A stretch of DNA of 56,988 nucleotides, filler included, from Ionaspis alba (taxonomy: Eukaryota), in the NCBI GenBank assembly GCA_964255285.1. It is 4 parts of 4 records of this genome, joined end to end, with 100 filler letters (N's around TTAATTAATTAA, not from the genome) between each part and the next. Parts side by side here need not be neighbours in the genome. Positions count along the whole stretch, not along the records: positions 14,284 to 28,464 come from CAXUUL010000435.1; 3 more parts are not named here. One strand, 5' to 3'. This document shows positions 14,284-26,952 of the stretch, piece by piece (position 1 is the first letter of the stretch; every line of letters begins with the position of its first letter). Made by a program: the position numbers and the translations under genes. The notes under the pieces were generated by a model. The model was not told where the DNA came from. It ran no database searches and worked only from the letters and a program-made list of their open reading frames with translations.

Positions 14284-17156
14284 GGCATGTCCTCAACTGG
14301 GGGAGGCGGCGGTGGAGGTGGAGCGGGTGGTGTTTCCGATCTTGCCCTCTTACTAGGCGTTGCATCTTCGTCCTCGAGCTTGAGTCCATCTAGTCCTTCA
14401 TCGGTTTCGCGCTTTCGCTTAAGTCCGTCGCTATTGGTGAGCTGGTCAAGAGGTGTGATGGGCGTCTCGGATTGGGGCTCCCTTTTTACACTCTCTTCCT
14501 CGTTCTCCGACACGTCCATCCCATCCTCCGCGTCGCTCATTTCTTCTTTCTTGACCTCGATCTCGTCCTTCAGCTCCGATTTGCCCTCAGGCGATCCCTG
14601 AGCCTGAGCCCTTTTCTCTGCTTTCTTTTGCTCATGCACCTTCTTCTTGGCAACCACTTTTTCGAAGAACTCCTTGACATATTTCTTGACTTGTTTCTCC
14701 TGTTTCGACGAGATACTTGTTGGATCCTCTACACGGTTGTTCTTGAAATCCGAGTTCACGAGTTTCTTGGAGATCTGTAATTGTGGACGATTAGACATGA
14801 CGACTTCTCCGACACGCAGCCAACCCAGCATACCTCTTTGGCGAATTTCTTAAGCTCATCTCTTGGAATCTTGTTCTTGAATTTGTCCATGACGTATTTG
14901 ATGTGGGGGAACAACTTGATATCTCGTCAGTATAATCGCGGCGAAGAGACTTTATCCATGCTCACCGTATTCTCATACAACTTCTTCTGCTTCTCCTCGG
15001 GCAATGATCGCCATTTCTCCTTCCCTTCCTTTTTCTCTCTCTTGGTCGCATCAACAGTAGCTTGAGGTGTGCCAGCAGCGGAGACTTTATCCGGTGTCTT
15101 GGCTTTTGCGCTCGTAATCTCGTTGATGATATCGTCAAGCGCTTTATTCGTCGATGTGGGTTTCGGAGGTGGTGGAGGTTGCGCCGCTGGCATTGTAGGT
15201 CTAGTCCAAGTAGTCTGACCAGCTGCGCTATAGTAGTAAGTACTGCCATTGGAAGTGGCAGCGAACCAGCCTGTCGGTAGTCCATTAAATGGTCGGGGAG
15301 GGCGGTACGCCGGTCGCGTTCCAGTATAGAACGCAGCACTACGTTGAGGTATATTATTTCGAGGACCGGTAGGAGCAGCTGGTCCCTTCGGAGCTTCGAC
15401 AGACCTTGAGCGTGACTTTGATCTTGATCGTGATCGTGACCGGCGGTTTGACTCTCTACGATCAAAGTGATTGTGCCTTTCGGTAGTGGCATTTGGGTCT
15501 CGCTTCTTCCGTGGTATCCGGTAGGCTGTCTCCAGGGTGCTCCATTCTTTCAGCAGGGTGGCGGCCTGGCTCTCTACCCGTTCATCTCCACATCCTTCTA
15601 GAGCACTAACTGTAGCCTCGATTTTCGAGTCACTGATCTTATTCTTGGTCAGGCGCGGGAAGTGGTTCAGGATGTCCAGAATCTGGAGAACAACATTGAA
15701 GTCTTCCTTCCAGGTAGATAGGGCAGAATTCAGGATCTGGTAACCATGCATCTTCACGACTCGATTGATAACGCGTTCATCTTCACATCGTTGTATCCGA
15801 CCAAGGAGCTTGACAGCAATCCACTTCTCCTTGCATTGCATGAGCGTGGCCATGACCTTCGTAACGCCATCTTCATCGAGAGATTTGGGCTGAACATTGT
15901 TGACATATTCCTCATCATCTTCTCCCGTCTTCTTCTTACGGGGTTTCTTTGCGACGGCAGTGTCCCAACCATCGCCGTCATCAATGCCAAGAGCCTCGAT
16001 CGTGGTGTGCGACAATTTCGTCGCACGCTCGGTTTGGGTCTTGCCACCGATGAATCCGGTACAATTGGGCTCAGCGCAATAACACGGTTGTGGGTTTGCG
16101 CCATAACGATCGACGTTGTAGTTGAACACCAACTCCTCTCCCGCTTTAATTTTCTTCTCGGCAAAAATGCCCATCCGAAGTTTGTCACCCACGACCCACT
16201 TGTCAACGTAACAATTCGGATTGCACGAATGATTGCAGAATCGTCCAAGATTACCTTTCTTCGTAGCATCGACAAATTCACCCTTGCTAAGAGACATGAA
16301 ATAGAAATGTTTGATCCCTTCTTCATCGTATTGGACCATGCGCCGGCGAAATTGGCCTTCGTTGATGACCTCCCCGATATACTCAAATATGAAGTCATTA
16401 GGTTGCAAATCAGCATCAGCTCGTAGACCGTAGCCCTTTTTCTCCGTTTTAATAACCGTGACATTCGCATACTGTTGTCGTTGAAACCTTTGGTTCTGGC
16501 AGTCAGAGCCGCACCCGCAATCTCCGAAACACTCCATTTTGGTGGCGCGATTGATACAATCCGAGTCGTCTCCACAAGCATGATTCTCTTTCGTCGAGGC
16601 ATCTGTAGATACGATTCTTAGTATTCGAAAACACTGGACTCGCAATGCGATTTGTAGAATAGGGGATATTGATCTTACCCCACTCCTCCGCACAGTCGCA
16701 TTCCATGGCATGCTCTGTCGAGCCTAGATACTTGGCCGAGTAGGCGCATTCTGTGATGACCTGGAATACTCCCGTAGCCTCCTCTGTCTTATCCTCGTAG
16801 TGATCAAACAGAGGAGCTGACCGAGCGATGACCTTCTTAGATGCGCTGCGAGCCAATTTCGGTGGCTGACCTGGCTCCAACTTGACAGTGATTTCCCCAC
16901 CCACAACCTCCTCATGTTCGCTCTCAGCTTTGACTGGAGATTGTGTGCCAGACTTGTACTTCTTCGGTGACTGTGTAGCGGACTTGATGTCCAACGTGCT
17001 CGGCGTGCCATTTTGACTGACAGGTTCTTGCTTCACCCTTTCTACCACAATTGTGCTCAAGGCCTCCTCATCAGAAGAATCCCCGTTTTTGATCTTCATC
17101 TCCTTGAATCCTTCTTCCACCACTTCTGACTTCCTTTCCCGTGCCTCTCGAGACAT
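14284..17156 (-). CDS. SET2: Histone H3K36 methyltransferase Set2, 3' end cut at the linker; exons 17156-16679, 16602-14966, 14914-14834, 14774-14284
   Basis: AWS ([16 protein letters not shown]), SET ([22 protein letters not shown]), post-SET ([13 protein letters not shown]), WW (LPTGW...YYY...TTWTRP) and SRI-like [10 protein letters not shown]. Confidence 0.96.
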
Positions 17157-19721
17157 GACGCAAGGGTATCGGTGCTCTGGTGGTGAGTATGTGAAGTTAT
17201 TTACAAAGGAACATGAAATTAGCGACTGGTCTCCTCCAACTTTATCCTAGCGCCCAAAGGGATTTCAGCGAGTGAGAGCTACGGGAAGAACACGTCAAGG
17301 TACACAAATTGACCTTGCTGTAGCCNNNNNNNNNNNNNNNNNNNNNNNNNNNNNNNNNNNNNNNNNNNNNNNNNNNNNNNNNNNNNNNNNNNNNNNNNNN
17401 NNNNNNNNNNNNNNNNNNNNNNNNNGTACGGCATGAACAAGGAGATGTTTGCGCAGACATCTAGCAAGCCGTGCAGGTATGTGTCATCCCCAGTCACAAA
17501 TGTTCTTGGGAGCTTGAAGCTTTTCACAATGGTTGCTCAGAAATGAGAGATGCAGAACACTTCAAAGTTCCCGGGCCTCGCTAGATAGGCCTGGATCACA
17601 TTTTCAATGCACCCCAGCGACCCGGCTCCATTATCGAAAAATACTGAATTGGAGAATTTGGGTTCGGTCTGCTACCACTCTATCAGATGGCACGTGGATC
17701 AGTAAGGTAAATAGTCATTCTCTGTGGTCGCCAAGCCCAGCATGAATGAAAGAATGAAGAAGCACACATTGAGGAAGGAACGTTAGAATCGATGCAAGAT
17801 CTCAGGCAACCGAACAGAAAGGTCCCCTCCACGCCCGCCTTCTTCGCCAATATGTACATCGGTCTCGCGTCTCTCGACAAAGAATATCACCGATGAGGCC
17901 CTGGACCCAAGCCACCTTCATAGAAGCACAATAGGAGAACCTCCGTCGCTTTCGACTAGAGAGGAGCGGTGTAAGTAGTACCCTTTTAGTCCGACTTGCA
18001 GCACACCATTTATTGTAGACGATAATTTACGTTAGGCAATGTAGCGTCAACGACGTGGCTCTGCAGAGACTTAGGGCTAGTATCACTGATGTGTCTCTTT
18101 TGCAATGGCCGACTCTCTGTACGGTCTCTTGGAGGACTTTTTCGCCGAATATATAAAGAGTAGAGCCCATGCCCTCCCGTCGTCGCCGTTGACAAGTTTC
18201 CCCTCCCCCTAAGAAAAGCCGCAGATCCCAAAGTACTTCCCTGACAGCTGAATGCGACGCGGCATCCCACGAGCAGATCGTCCACGCAGACAATTCTCCT
18301 TGGACCATGGACCGGGACGCGCAATTGGTCGATCGCAAGATGGATAGAGGCAAATCCGCCACTCTGCTGCCGCAGCTGAGAAGTGAAAGCAGCGAACACC
18401 AGTTCGGTCTTCTCGCCGCCGTTTCGGGTCCAAGGCCCCGCTAAGCCACACAGGCTCCCATTCTTCAAGGATCGCCAGGAGGCTGACGGTGAGATGGAGA
18501 GTTTAATTGGCTGCTAGGGTCGATTGGATGATCGAGTGGCCAGGACGATTGGCGATTGTATTGGCCGAGCATATCGATAGGCTGGAGTGAACATCATTGA
18601 AGATCGCTGACTGCAACAGCCAGAACTCACCTCCTAGGGCATCCATCGTTGTTGCGACTGCTTCGCATCCATGACTTCCACGGATGGAGGGAGTCTTTGT
18701 TTTTGTTGGATCCAGAGCAGGTTTGGGGCGGAGGTGCAGCAATTGCGACAAGGTTTGTCGCAATTGACTACTTTTCTGCACCATGCCACGCCCGCGTCGT
18801 CGGATAAAATGGAGAGAAAACACGGAGCGGCCAGCTTACGATGGGCGGGAATTCCATGAGCAGCAGACGATCTACGCAGCAGCAGCAGCAATGATATCCC
18901 AAGCTGAATGATGCTGTCGCAAGGAAGTCAAGGAAAGAAAGGAGCTGCAGCCAGATGTGTCCATCATCGGTATGAAAACATAGGATTGACGGTCAGAAGT
19001 GGAAAGACAAGTTTCCGTGTTGGATGATGGAATTTGGTGCTTTCGCGGTTGCCGGGTATAGGTACGGAGTAGCTCATTGGTAATTATAGAGTTGTTCACT
19101 TGGTGGTTCTGGCGGGCTTCTTCCGTTATGCAGGTCAGCGATGCTAGTCCCGTCCAATTTCCCTGGATGGCTCATCGGTCTGCTCTTTTGCTTGCTGGCT
19201 TGCTTGCCCATGACCGAAGACAACCCAGATCCCCATTTGCTGTTTTGTTAATAATAAATCCTTCAGCCAAAAAAAACCTACCACTACTTCTTGTGTGTGG
19301 TGTGGGTGTGGGCGTGTGCACTCGCTCTATCCCAATTCACTCTCCCTCATTATTCTTTACTTACTACTTATTATTTACGATTTCCCCCACTACTACTTCC
19401 ATACCTTCGTTTTGTTTCCTTTCGCTAGCTACTCTTCCCTGCCGGAGACGTCTGTTTGTTAGCTCTTCCCTGCCTTGCCCTCCTGCTCCATACCAAATCC
19501 CCACCACCTACACCTCTACTCTTCACATGACCCTTACTTCTCCTCTTCTTTGCCTCCGCCCCCTTCTTATATACAGTCGTTAACTTACTTGTTTTTTCCT
19601 TCTTACTCGTTGTCGTTCCTTTCTGGAGGCTCATGTCGTTATTTGCACTTTTATGAGTTTGGTTGCCTCGAATACCTAATTTTTGGAGGACTCCGGGCCC
19701 GTACCGATTGGCGACACCAGA

Positions 19722-20900
19722 ATGTCCAATATCGCTGAACCGCCTTTCAACGAATATGAAGAGGTATGTACCTGACTATCCTGTAATAAATCTCCTGGGC
19801 TTCTAATAGTTAGCTCATTACTGCATCATTGATCGTGGCTGGCGCACTGAATTTTACTGACAAAAGGACGATTTACAGCGGTACTTCTTAGCGGAAATCC
19901 TCAAAAGTTCCAATCTACCTCCCATCACTCTTCTGAACTTCATTAACGAGACTGGCATCGACCCGGCTTGGAATGACATCGCACTCCCTCATGGTGAGTA
20001 AGCATTCGACTGCTAAGAGATTCTGCGATCCTTCGAGGAGTAAGGAGCGGCTTTACTGGGACAATTGGTCAAAGGCACGCATAGGGTGCTAATCGAAAGT
20101 GATTCATAGGGCGATCCGTATCAGCCTGTCGAAATGCTTACCAAACCCTTCTTGCACGTGCTCCATACATTCAAGATCCGCGAGCAAGGAGAAAACGGCC
20201 TCTGCCAATGGGTGAGCCAACTCCGACAACCGAGCGAATCCTCCAACCACGTCCCTCTGCCTTTGCACCCGTCAATACTCCCGAACAAACTTCGCCTGTT
20301 GTGCTCGGAGACAATGGACGTCCGGTCAAGAAACGTGGAAGACCGAGCAAGGAGGAATTTAATCGTCGGGTAGCAGAAGCTAAAGAGAGAGGAGAAGTCT
20401 ATCAGCCTAAGGTTCGGAAAAAACCTCAACGGCCATCTACCGGTGGAGTGGAGACAGTGGAAGTGGCTGGAGCGGGAGCACCGACAGCAGTAATGTTCAC
20501 ACCAGAGAAAACGATCGCGCCAGCTGCAGGTTCACCTGGCTCGAGTAAGAAGAAGCAACGGCCAAACAGTACATTGGAGGAGGCTGCCACATCAACCATA
20601 CAGTCTGCTGGTCAGACTCAAGAAGCGGAGCGAAGAGGCGTGGGAGGTATTGCATCTGAGCAGCAAATTCCAAGTTTTGGTCCTCGGGAGCATTTGCTAG
20701 CCGGCTTGCAGGAGCATGCTACAACAACAGAGAGGCCTGATGTCCAAATGGGAGAATCTGAGACTTCACCAGCTGCTACGTCGGCCTCCGAACAGCGAGG
20801 ATATGCACCGATACAAGGACAAAGCTTCCCAACTTACCATTCGACCCAACCCGAACGGAGACCGGGAAACCTCGAAACGCCGGCAACGACCGCTTCGTAA
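19722..20900 (+). CDS. Fungal hypothetical nuclear protein with an AT-hook-like motif; exons 19722-19763, 19879-19993, 20110-20900
   Basis: GTATGT and GTGAGT donors join in frame to give MSNIAEPPFNEYEE-RYFLAEILKSS...PAWNDIALPHGRSVSACRNAY...PVKKRGRPSKEE. Confidence 0.75.
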
Positions 20901-21012
20901 ACTTAATGATTCGCACGCATACATGTTTCGAAAAGACAAAAACCGAGAGACTGGGCAAACAAGTTCGTGGAGGATCAATCACAGCTGGATTAACGACTTT
21001 CATGTAACGATG

Positions 21013-21222
21013 CACATGCACACATGAGATACACGTGGAGGCTTCTTGTGCTGCATTTACAAAAAAANNNNNNNNNNNNNNNNNNNNNNNNNNNNNNNNN
21101 NNNNNNNNNNNNNNNNNNNNNNNNNNNNNNNNNNNNNNNNNNNNNNNNNNNNNNNNNNNNNNNNNNNCACATGCACACATGAGATACACGTGGAGGCTTC
21201 TTGTGCTGCATTTACAAAAAAA
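21013..21222. repeat. 55-nt exact duplication flanking a 100-N gap (assembly overlap)
   Basis: 21013-21067 is identical to 21168-21222. Confidence 0.9.
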
Positions 21223-23246
21223 CACATTCGATGCAAATTCTACAATCTTTTCCTTACGCATTTGTTCTGGGGATCTGTTGTTGATCTTTGCCACGTATGT
21301 CTTCACGCCTAATAATACTCGCTCCGCTTCCTCGCCTACAACCAGAACGGGTTGATGGTCAATGGTTCTGTCCTTTACTGCCAACTTTTTCTTCACGCGC
21401 AATGTCTTTACTACAACGCCATCATGCCTCTTGCGATCTGGGCATGTTAGAGGAGCTATTGGCTGGAACACTTGGTTGACGCAAATGTATGATAGCATGC
21501 TTTTCATGAAAGTCATTCATTGGTATTCTGCACGTTGCATGGTCTTCAGCCAATCAGCTGCATCCTGTCTTCCAACAATAGGTTGCATCTGATAGGTCCT
21601 CGTCAAACTAGACATGACCTTTGTCGATTGTGACACAGGAATCTCCTTGAAATGCTTACCTTCCCATTGGCTGGCCGCAACCTCGAGCAAGACCTACTCA
21701 TGCTGTGTCAGGAGCCTGATGAGACTTCATCAATCTGCGGACAATGACTATGCTGTGGTACCTCTCAACACTTTCCGTGGTTACATTCATCACGAGCATT
21801 GCAGTGTCGTAATTATCAACCGGCTGTTCTACACACATATACGATATACGTGCTTCTTTCTGGACCCTGACTCACAATCTAGGAACTGTTCCACGAAAGG
21901 ACTTTCCAGAGCAGCGACCGTCTTTACTTGCTATCTCGCTGCGTCACCCCAGCTTCGCAGGACAGTTCGTTCCCGGTGTCCCATCAACGCTTTACAAAAT
22001 CGATTGTCTACAACTTGATTCAAGCACTCGTGCCCATGTCTTATCTCCGCACAAACACGCAAATAAACTGTCGAGGAAGAAAGGTCTGTACGACTTGATA
22101 ACTTCCCAACAAGGCCGAGACGATGCTCGCACAAATATTGCGGGGCAGCGGTGAGATTCGACGTTCTGGAAATGCCACACCTCCGTGAAGCAAAATCCCT
22201 GGCTCTGAAGGTTGTCCATTCAATCAGAGGGAAAACATACTCCGACACAAAACACAGAGGCCACAAACGCACCGACTTGCCTTCCGAACGTATGTACACC
22301 ATCTACACATCTCCCCCGAAACATCGTCATCTGCCTTGCATAATCCAAAGGGACCAATCTCTCCAACAAGCATGATCAGGCATACGACCATCCCTACACC
22401 GTACAGAAAAAGCCTCCAGTACCATTCTATCAACCTCCGTCAAAATCCTACCCCAGTTCAATACCGGCAACTCTCTCCCCAAAAATTCGTGAGGACACAT
22501 CATTGTGCAGGCCCTCATGTTTATTACTCCGTCCCCTCCATTCTCCACTGATAAATATAAAGTCTGAACAACACTCTCATCGACCGGAACGACACATTCG
22601 GCTCAAGTCACCCTTGGTGAGCCGTTCAGGTGAATAGACTGCGCGGTGCCTGAGTGCTTTACAGTGCTTTGGGAAGATGTAGGAGGCTGCAAGGTGACGA
22701 TGAGGGCCAACGTGCCTGATTCTGCAGAGGGGAGGTTGGATGGACAGAGGTGTCGCAGGAAGTGAGTAAGGACGGTTTGCTGAAGAGGGATTGCTGGCCT
22801 ATACAGGAGTAGAGGAGGTATTTAGGAGAAAAAAGGTCATGTGGCAAGAAGGTTGAGGCGCATGAGAAGAGAGGGGCAACCGTGGTTGAGGGCACTGGCG
22901 TTCTGACGAGATAAAGGTTTTGCTAAGTTTTGAGAACCTCCCTCTCCCCAAGAAAATCGTTACAATTATTTTCTTCATCTCATGAAGATCAAGACAACGA
23001 AGCCTAGGCTTGTTTCATTACCACATAGAAAGGCGTATGATACAGGAATTTGCCTCGTTCCACTCATATCAACACTGACCATGCCAAGCACGACAGGACA
23101 AAGGAATAGGTCGAAAAGAAGAAGACCGCAAAAGTTTTAGCCAACCAGCCAGCCCGAACGCCCTAGATGAGCCTGTACAGAAAAGCCACGCTTTAAGCAG
23201 AGTACCAACACCTTCGCCACTTGCAGCAAATTGAGTCAAATTTTGA

Positions 23247-24900
23247 TCAATCACTCTCCTCCGCTTCCGCCCCTTTGCTCTTTCGCTTCTCCTTCTTCTC
23301 CTTCTTCTTCCGCTTGCGCTCCGCTCTCTGCTCCGGCGTTTCATCCTCGTGTCGCTTCCGCTTCTTGCCTTCGCCATTCTCGGGAGCTGCTTCTTCTTCG
23401 ACAGCAGTTGTGGGTGCAGGAGCGCTGTCGGGTTTGTCGGATACTGGTTTCTCAGGGAGCGCCTTGGCTGGCGCGGATGTACCGTTTTCGGAGGGAGCGT
23501 TGAAGTCGGTGTAGGAAGATTGCCACTTTGCGGGAGTAGCTTCGTTGGGACGACCGTATTTCTGCAGTTATATGAGCAAAGGAAGGGAATGGCATGAATT
23601 GCGATACTCACATCCAGTTTTCCATCGGATTTCATCTTTTTCTTTTCCAGAGCAACGGGTCCGAGACCCCATCTTCTGGGGTATAGATCACGTTCCATGA
23701 TACATCGCTTCACTTTCGCGACTACCCCGTGATCGCAGGTCGAGAGCTCGACGGTTGACATTTGGGCAATGCCTAGAGCGATGGCTTCACCTTTGGTGGT
23801 CATGAGAACGACTTCTTCATGAACTTCGATGCCGGACTCTGCCAAGGTGTTAGTATCCTCATTCTCCAGTTATAGTGTTTGGACGTACCATAACGCAGCA
23901 AACCCGGAATCATGAGCTTAGCACCATAGCACACGGCATTGACCGCGCTATCCTTGACCACGATCCGCTTATAAGTTGTGAGGAGACTTTCCAGTGGCCG
24001 TATCACTTTTCGTAGGTAGGATTCATCCCGGGTATTGTCTTGCATCCATTGTGCATCCAGCACATCATGTAGCGTCACCATCCCGTCTTGTTCATCCATA
24101 GCTCCACTCCTTACTCTTCTCAATTCTTGCATGTGCGCTCCCACTCCCAGTAACAGTCCCAAATGTACACATAACGTTCGAATATATGTCCCTGCTTCAC
24201 AGCTGACCCAGAAAACGCCCAAATGCCTGTCGTTGTCGAACTCATAGAGCTTGCTCTCGTGAATCGTGCGGATCCGCAGCTGTCGCTTGACTGCTGAGAT
24301 AAGAGGTGGGCGCTGGAAGAGGGCTCCTGTGAGGGTCTCCAGAGCACGCGCGAGTTGGGCCTCCCCTCCAGGTAGTTTGTCATGAAGCCGTATGACGCAG
24401 ACATACTCTTTTCCAGCACCTTGTTGCGACTTGACAAGTCGTGTCGCACGGTCGAGACAAACTATGAGGCATCCAGTAACTTTTGGGTCGAGTGTTCCGC
24501 TGTGTCCAGTTTTCTCGATTCTAAAGGTATTCTTAGTCTATGCACTCTTCCCACGAAGTATCGGAGTATCAGATACCTTAGCATACGCTTCACCCATGCT
24601 ACTACTTCGTGACTGGAGGGGTTCGAGGGCTTGTCGAGGTTTATAACACCAGAACTTATATATTGTTTAAGATCGCGTTTGAGAGGGGTGCATCCACATG
24701 GTATTGGAGTGAAATGACCTGTCCGAACGAGTACTGTATGAACTTATATTAGCGACTATTCACGAATGTAGAAAATAGTTCGACTTACATTTATCATAGC
24801 CTTTCAGAAGCAACGGCCAGCTACTCGTATCGAGGGCAGGTGTAATTGATTCGGGCTTAATGCTGTAGTCATTCTCGTCATTGGCAAGTACCATAGCCAT
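23247..24900 (-). CDS. CBF5: H/ACA snoRNP pseudouridine synthase Cbf5/dyskerin; exons 24900-24789, 24733-23889, 23838-23612, 23561-23247
   Basis: [43 protein letters not shown] domain, and a KKE-rich tail ending AEAEESD*. Confidence 0.97.
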
Positions 24901-25387
24901 AGCTCCACCTTCCCGCTTCGACTGAGCAAGCGCGCTCAATCGAGTAAGCAGAGATGTGTTCCCTTAATTGAGGTGGAAGTTGCGGTGGACTTGTGCGGCT
25001 TGTGGTAGAAATTTCGTGGGAAGCTTTGCAGCCAATGATCATGCTTAGCGAGCCTGTACTAGCGTGCTTGTAGCTCCCCGGATGCCTTTGCAAAGATAGT
25101 ATTTCTTTCTGTACATAAAAACTACAAGCGCTTCCTCCAAACTGTCTTGAAATTAGGGAATGACCTAGAAACATCTGAGAATGCTTTGCACTCTATCTTG
25201 ATCGAAGTCTAGCCTCTTCGAATTCAGAAACTCGAAGGGGCACTCGGTTGAAATATCGATATGCTCCACGAACGAGCAGCAGGTCAAAGTCATGTTTACG
25301 TTCGCCTTTAGTAGCAGTCGTATCTTTCTCTGCGTTCTCTATGCCTCCACCAACCAGAACTCCGAACCAACACTGAATGCTATGCCA

Positions 25388-26579
25388 TCAGTCCCCTCCC
25401 AGCCTCCTTCCACTCCCTCTAGCTCCCCACCCACTAGAAAGACTATTGGTCTGCTGTGGTGGAGGGCGAAAGACGGTTCCATGCTTCTTCACTGTCACAC
25501 GAGAGTTACCCTTCGAGTCGCCGAACCATCGAGAGACGAACTGAGGCGTCACAATGATATTCTTTCCATCACCAAACATGGGCCATAATCGGGTTAAGAA
25601 ATCATAACAGTGAGCTGCAGGAATCCCAACCGACTGCTCCAATGCTGCTTGCGGTGAAGCTAGGATGAAGGTAAGGAGGAGAGTGGCGTAAGGCAGCCAT
25701 TTGACATCCATAGTGACGACGAAGAATTTGATTTTCTTGCCTCTGTTGTCCTGCGCGTAGGTATATGCAATTGCCAGGATGAGTGCTTGTANNNNNNNNN
25801 NNNNNNNNNNNNNNNNNNNNNNNNNNNNNNNNNNNNNNNNNNNNNNNNNNNNNNNNNNNNNNNNNNNNNNNNNNNNNNNNNNNNNNNNNNNAAGTCACGT
25901 AGGCTTTCTCTATGACATTCCCACCATGCTCCCACCGCATACAGATCCTTTTGGATTGATTGCGAATGATGGACCTGCATGAGATGAAAGGGTAATCTTC
26001 CTCGTCTCCAGGAACCGCTACAGCTAGAACATGGCTGGGCGGGCAGATATTGAGAGGTTCGGTGAAAAGGCAAACGCAACTTTCTAGCATCTAGTATTAG
26101 GATGTGCGAAACGGATTTCAGCTTACCACTATGAAACTTCCTGTGAAGAGGATATAGATAAAAAACTCTCCAGGGATTGTGAATCTCGGGGAGTTGTTCT
26201 CCAACTCACCCGCATACTGCCATACTGCACTAGTATTAGAGGCACAAATCGAAGTGGCGAAAGGGGTTTATTGTTCTCACTGAAAATGGGATCAAATATG
26301 ATAGCCAATTGTGGACCGGACAAGCAAAATGAAGTCACTATACGCCAGACCTCGGGAGGTAGCCTAAAGAGGTACTGCCAGGTGAAAATGATACGGTGAA
26401 ATGCGAGGAAGCGGCCATATGTGGCTAAAGAGATCAACAGTGTAAGTGCAGTCCAGGTCCTGCATTGCAAGAATCAGCATCAATCAAAGTGAGTTAGAAT
26501 TCAACCGGAAGACTTTCAATATACCTAGTCGCCCAGATACATACCTTGTAACAGGTGGAGCAGCCCAGAAGGCATCCAT
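25388..26579 (-). CDS. DFM1: Derlin (Der1/Dfm1 family rhomboid pseudoprotease); exons 26579-26545, 26459-26281, 26224-26127, and a last exon that begins inside the gap and runs to 25388
   Basis: MDAFWAAPPVTRT, the WR motif (PEVWRIVTSF), KWLPYA, GIPAAHCYDFL and a C-terminal SHP-box-like WGARGSGRRLGG. The Dfm1 rather than Der1 assignment is inferred from the SHP box. Confidence 0.85.
25892..26126 (-). ncRNA. Candidate intronic structured RNA (snoRNA-like) in derlin intron 3
   Basis: The intron is at least 235 nt versus ~50-90 nt for most introns here. It holds a hairpin at 26012-25974 followed by an ANANNA motif. The 3' end is lost in the gap. No family confirmed. Confidence 0.3.
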
Positions 26580-26952
26580 AGTTCCAAGCTTGTATTTCAG
26601 CTACCTGATGCCCGTTGGTACTGGACTAAGCTCCTGATCAGGAAAGGGAAATCCAATGCCTGTAGTGATGGAAGGACATGACATTCGAATCAAGTGAAGC
26701 AGGATGTATAGTAACAGGATGGTGGTTCATATTCTAGGTAGCAATTTCTAACATCGTGGCTGGATCTTCCACAAGGCTGAACTAGTTTCATTGGCAGTCG
26801 GCATCTTCCAGACTTACCCCTGACGCTCTGGCGCACTTTTGCCCCGCAGACCTCCACCAAACGGATGATTTTTATGGTGAATCTAAAATCTGATGCGAAA
26901 CCGTTTGTGCTCCGAGGTCTACTATCCACAATACTCGAAGAGCAACAGAAAG

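Noticed and set aside
20776..21516. 246-aa minus-strand ORF
   Set aside because: Its length is inflated by the N gap and the duplicated 55-mer, and it has no recognisable domain.
22380..22420. CATACGACCAT resembling the 5' end of fungal 5S rRNA
   Set aside because: Similarity stops after ~11 nt and there are no internal A/C boxes.
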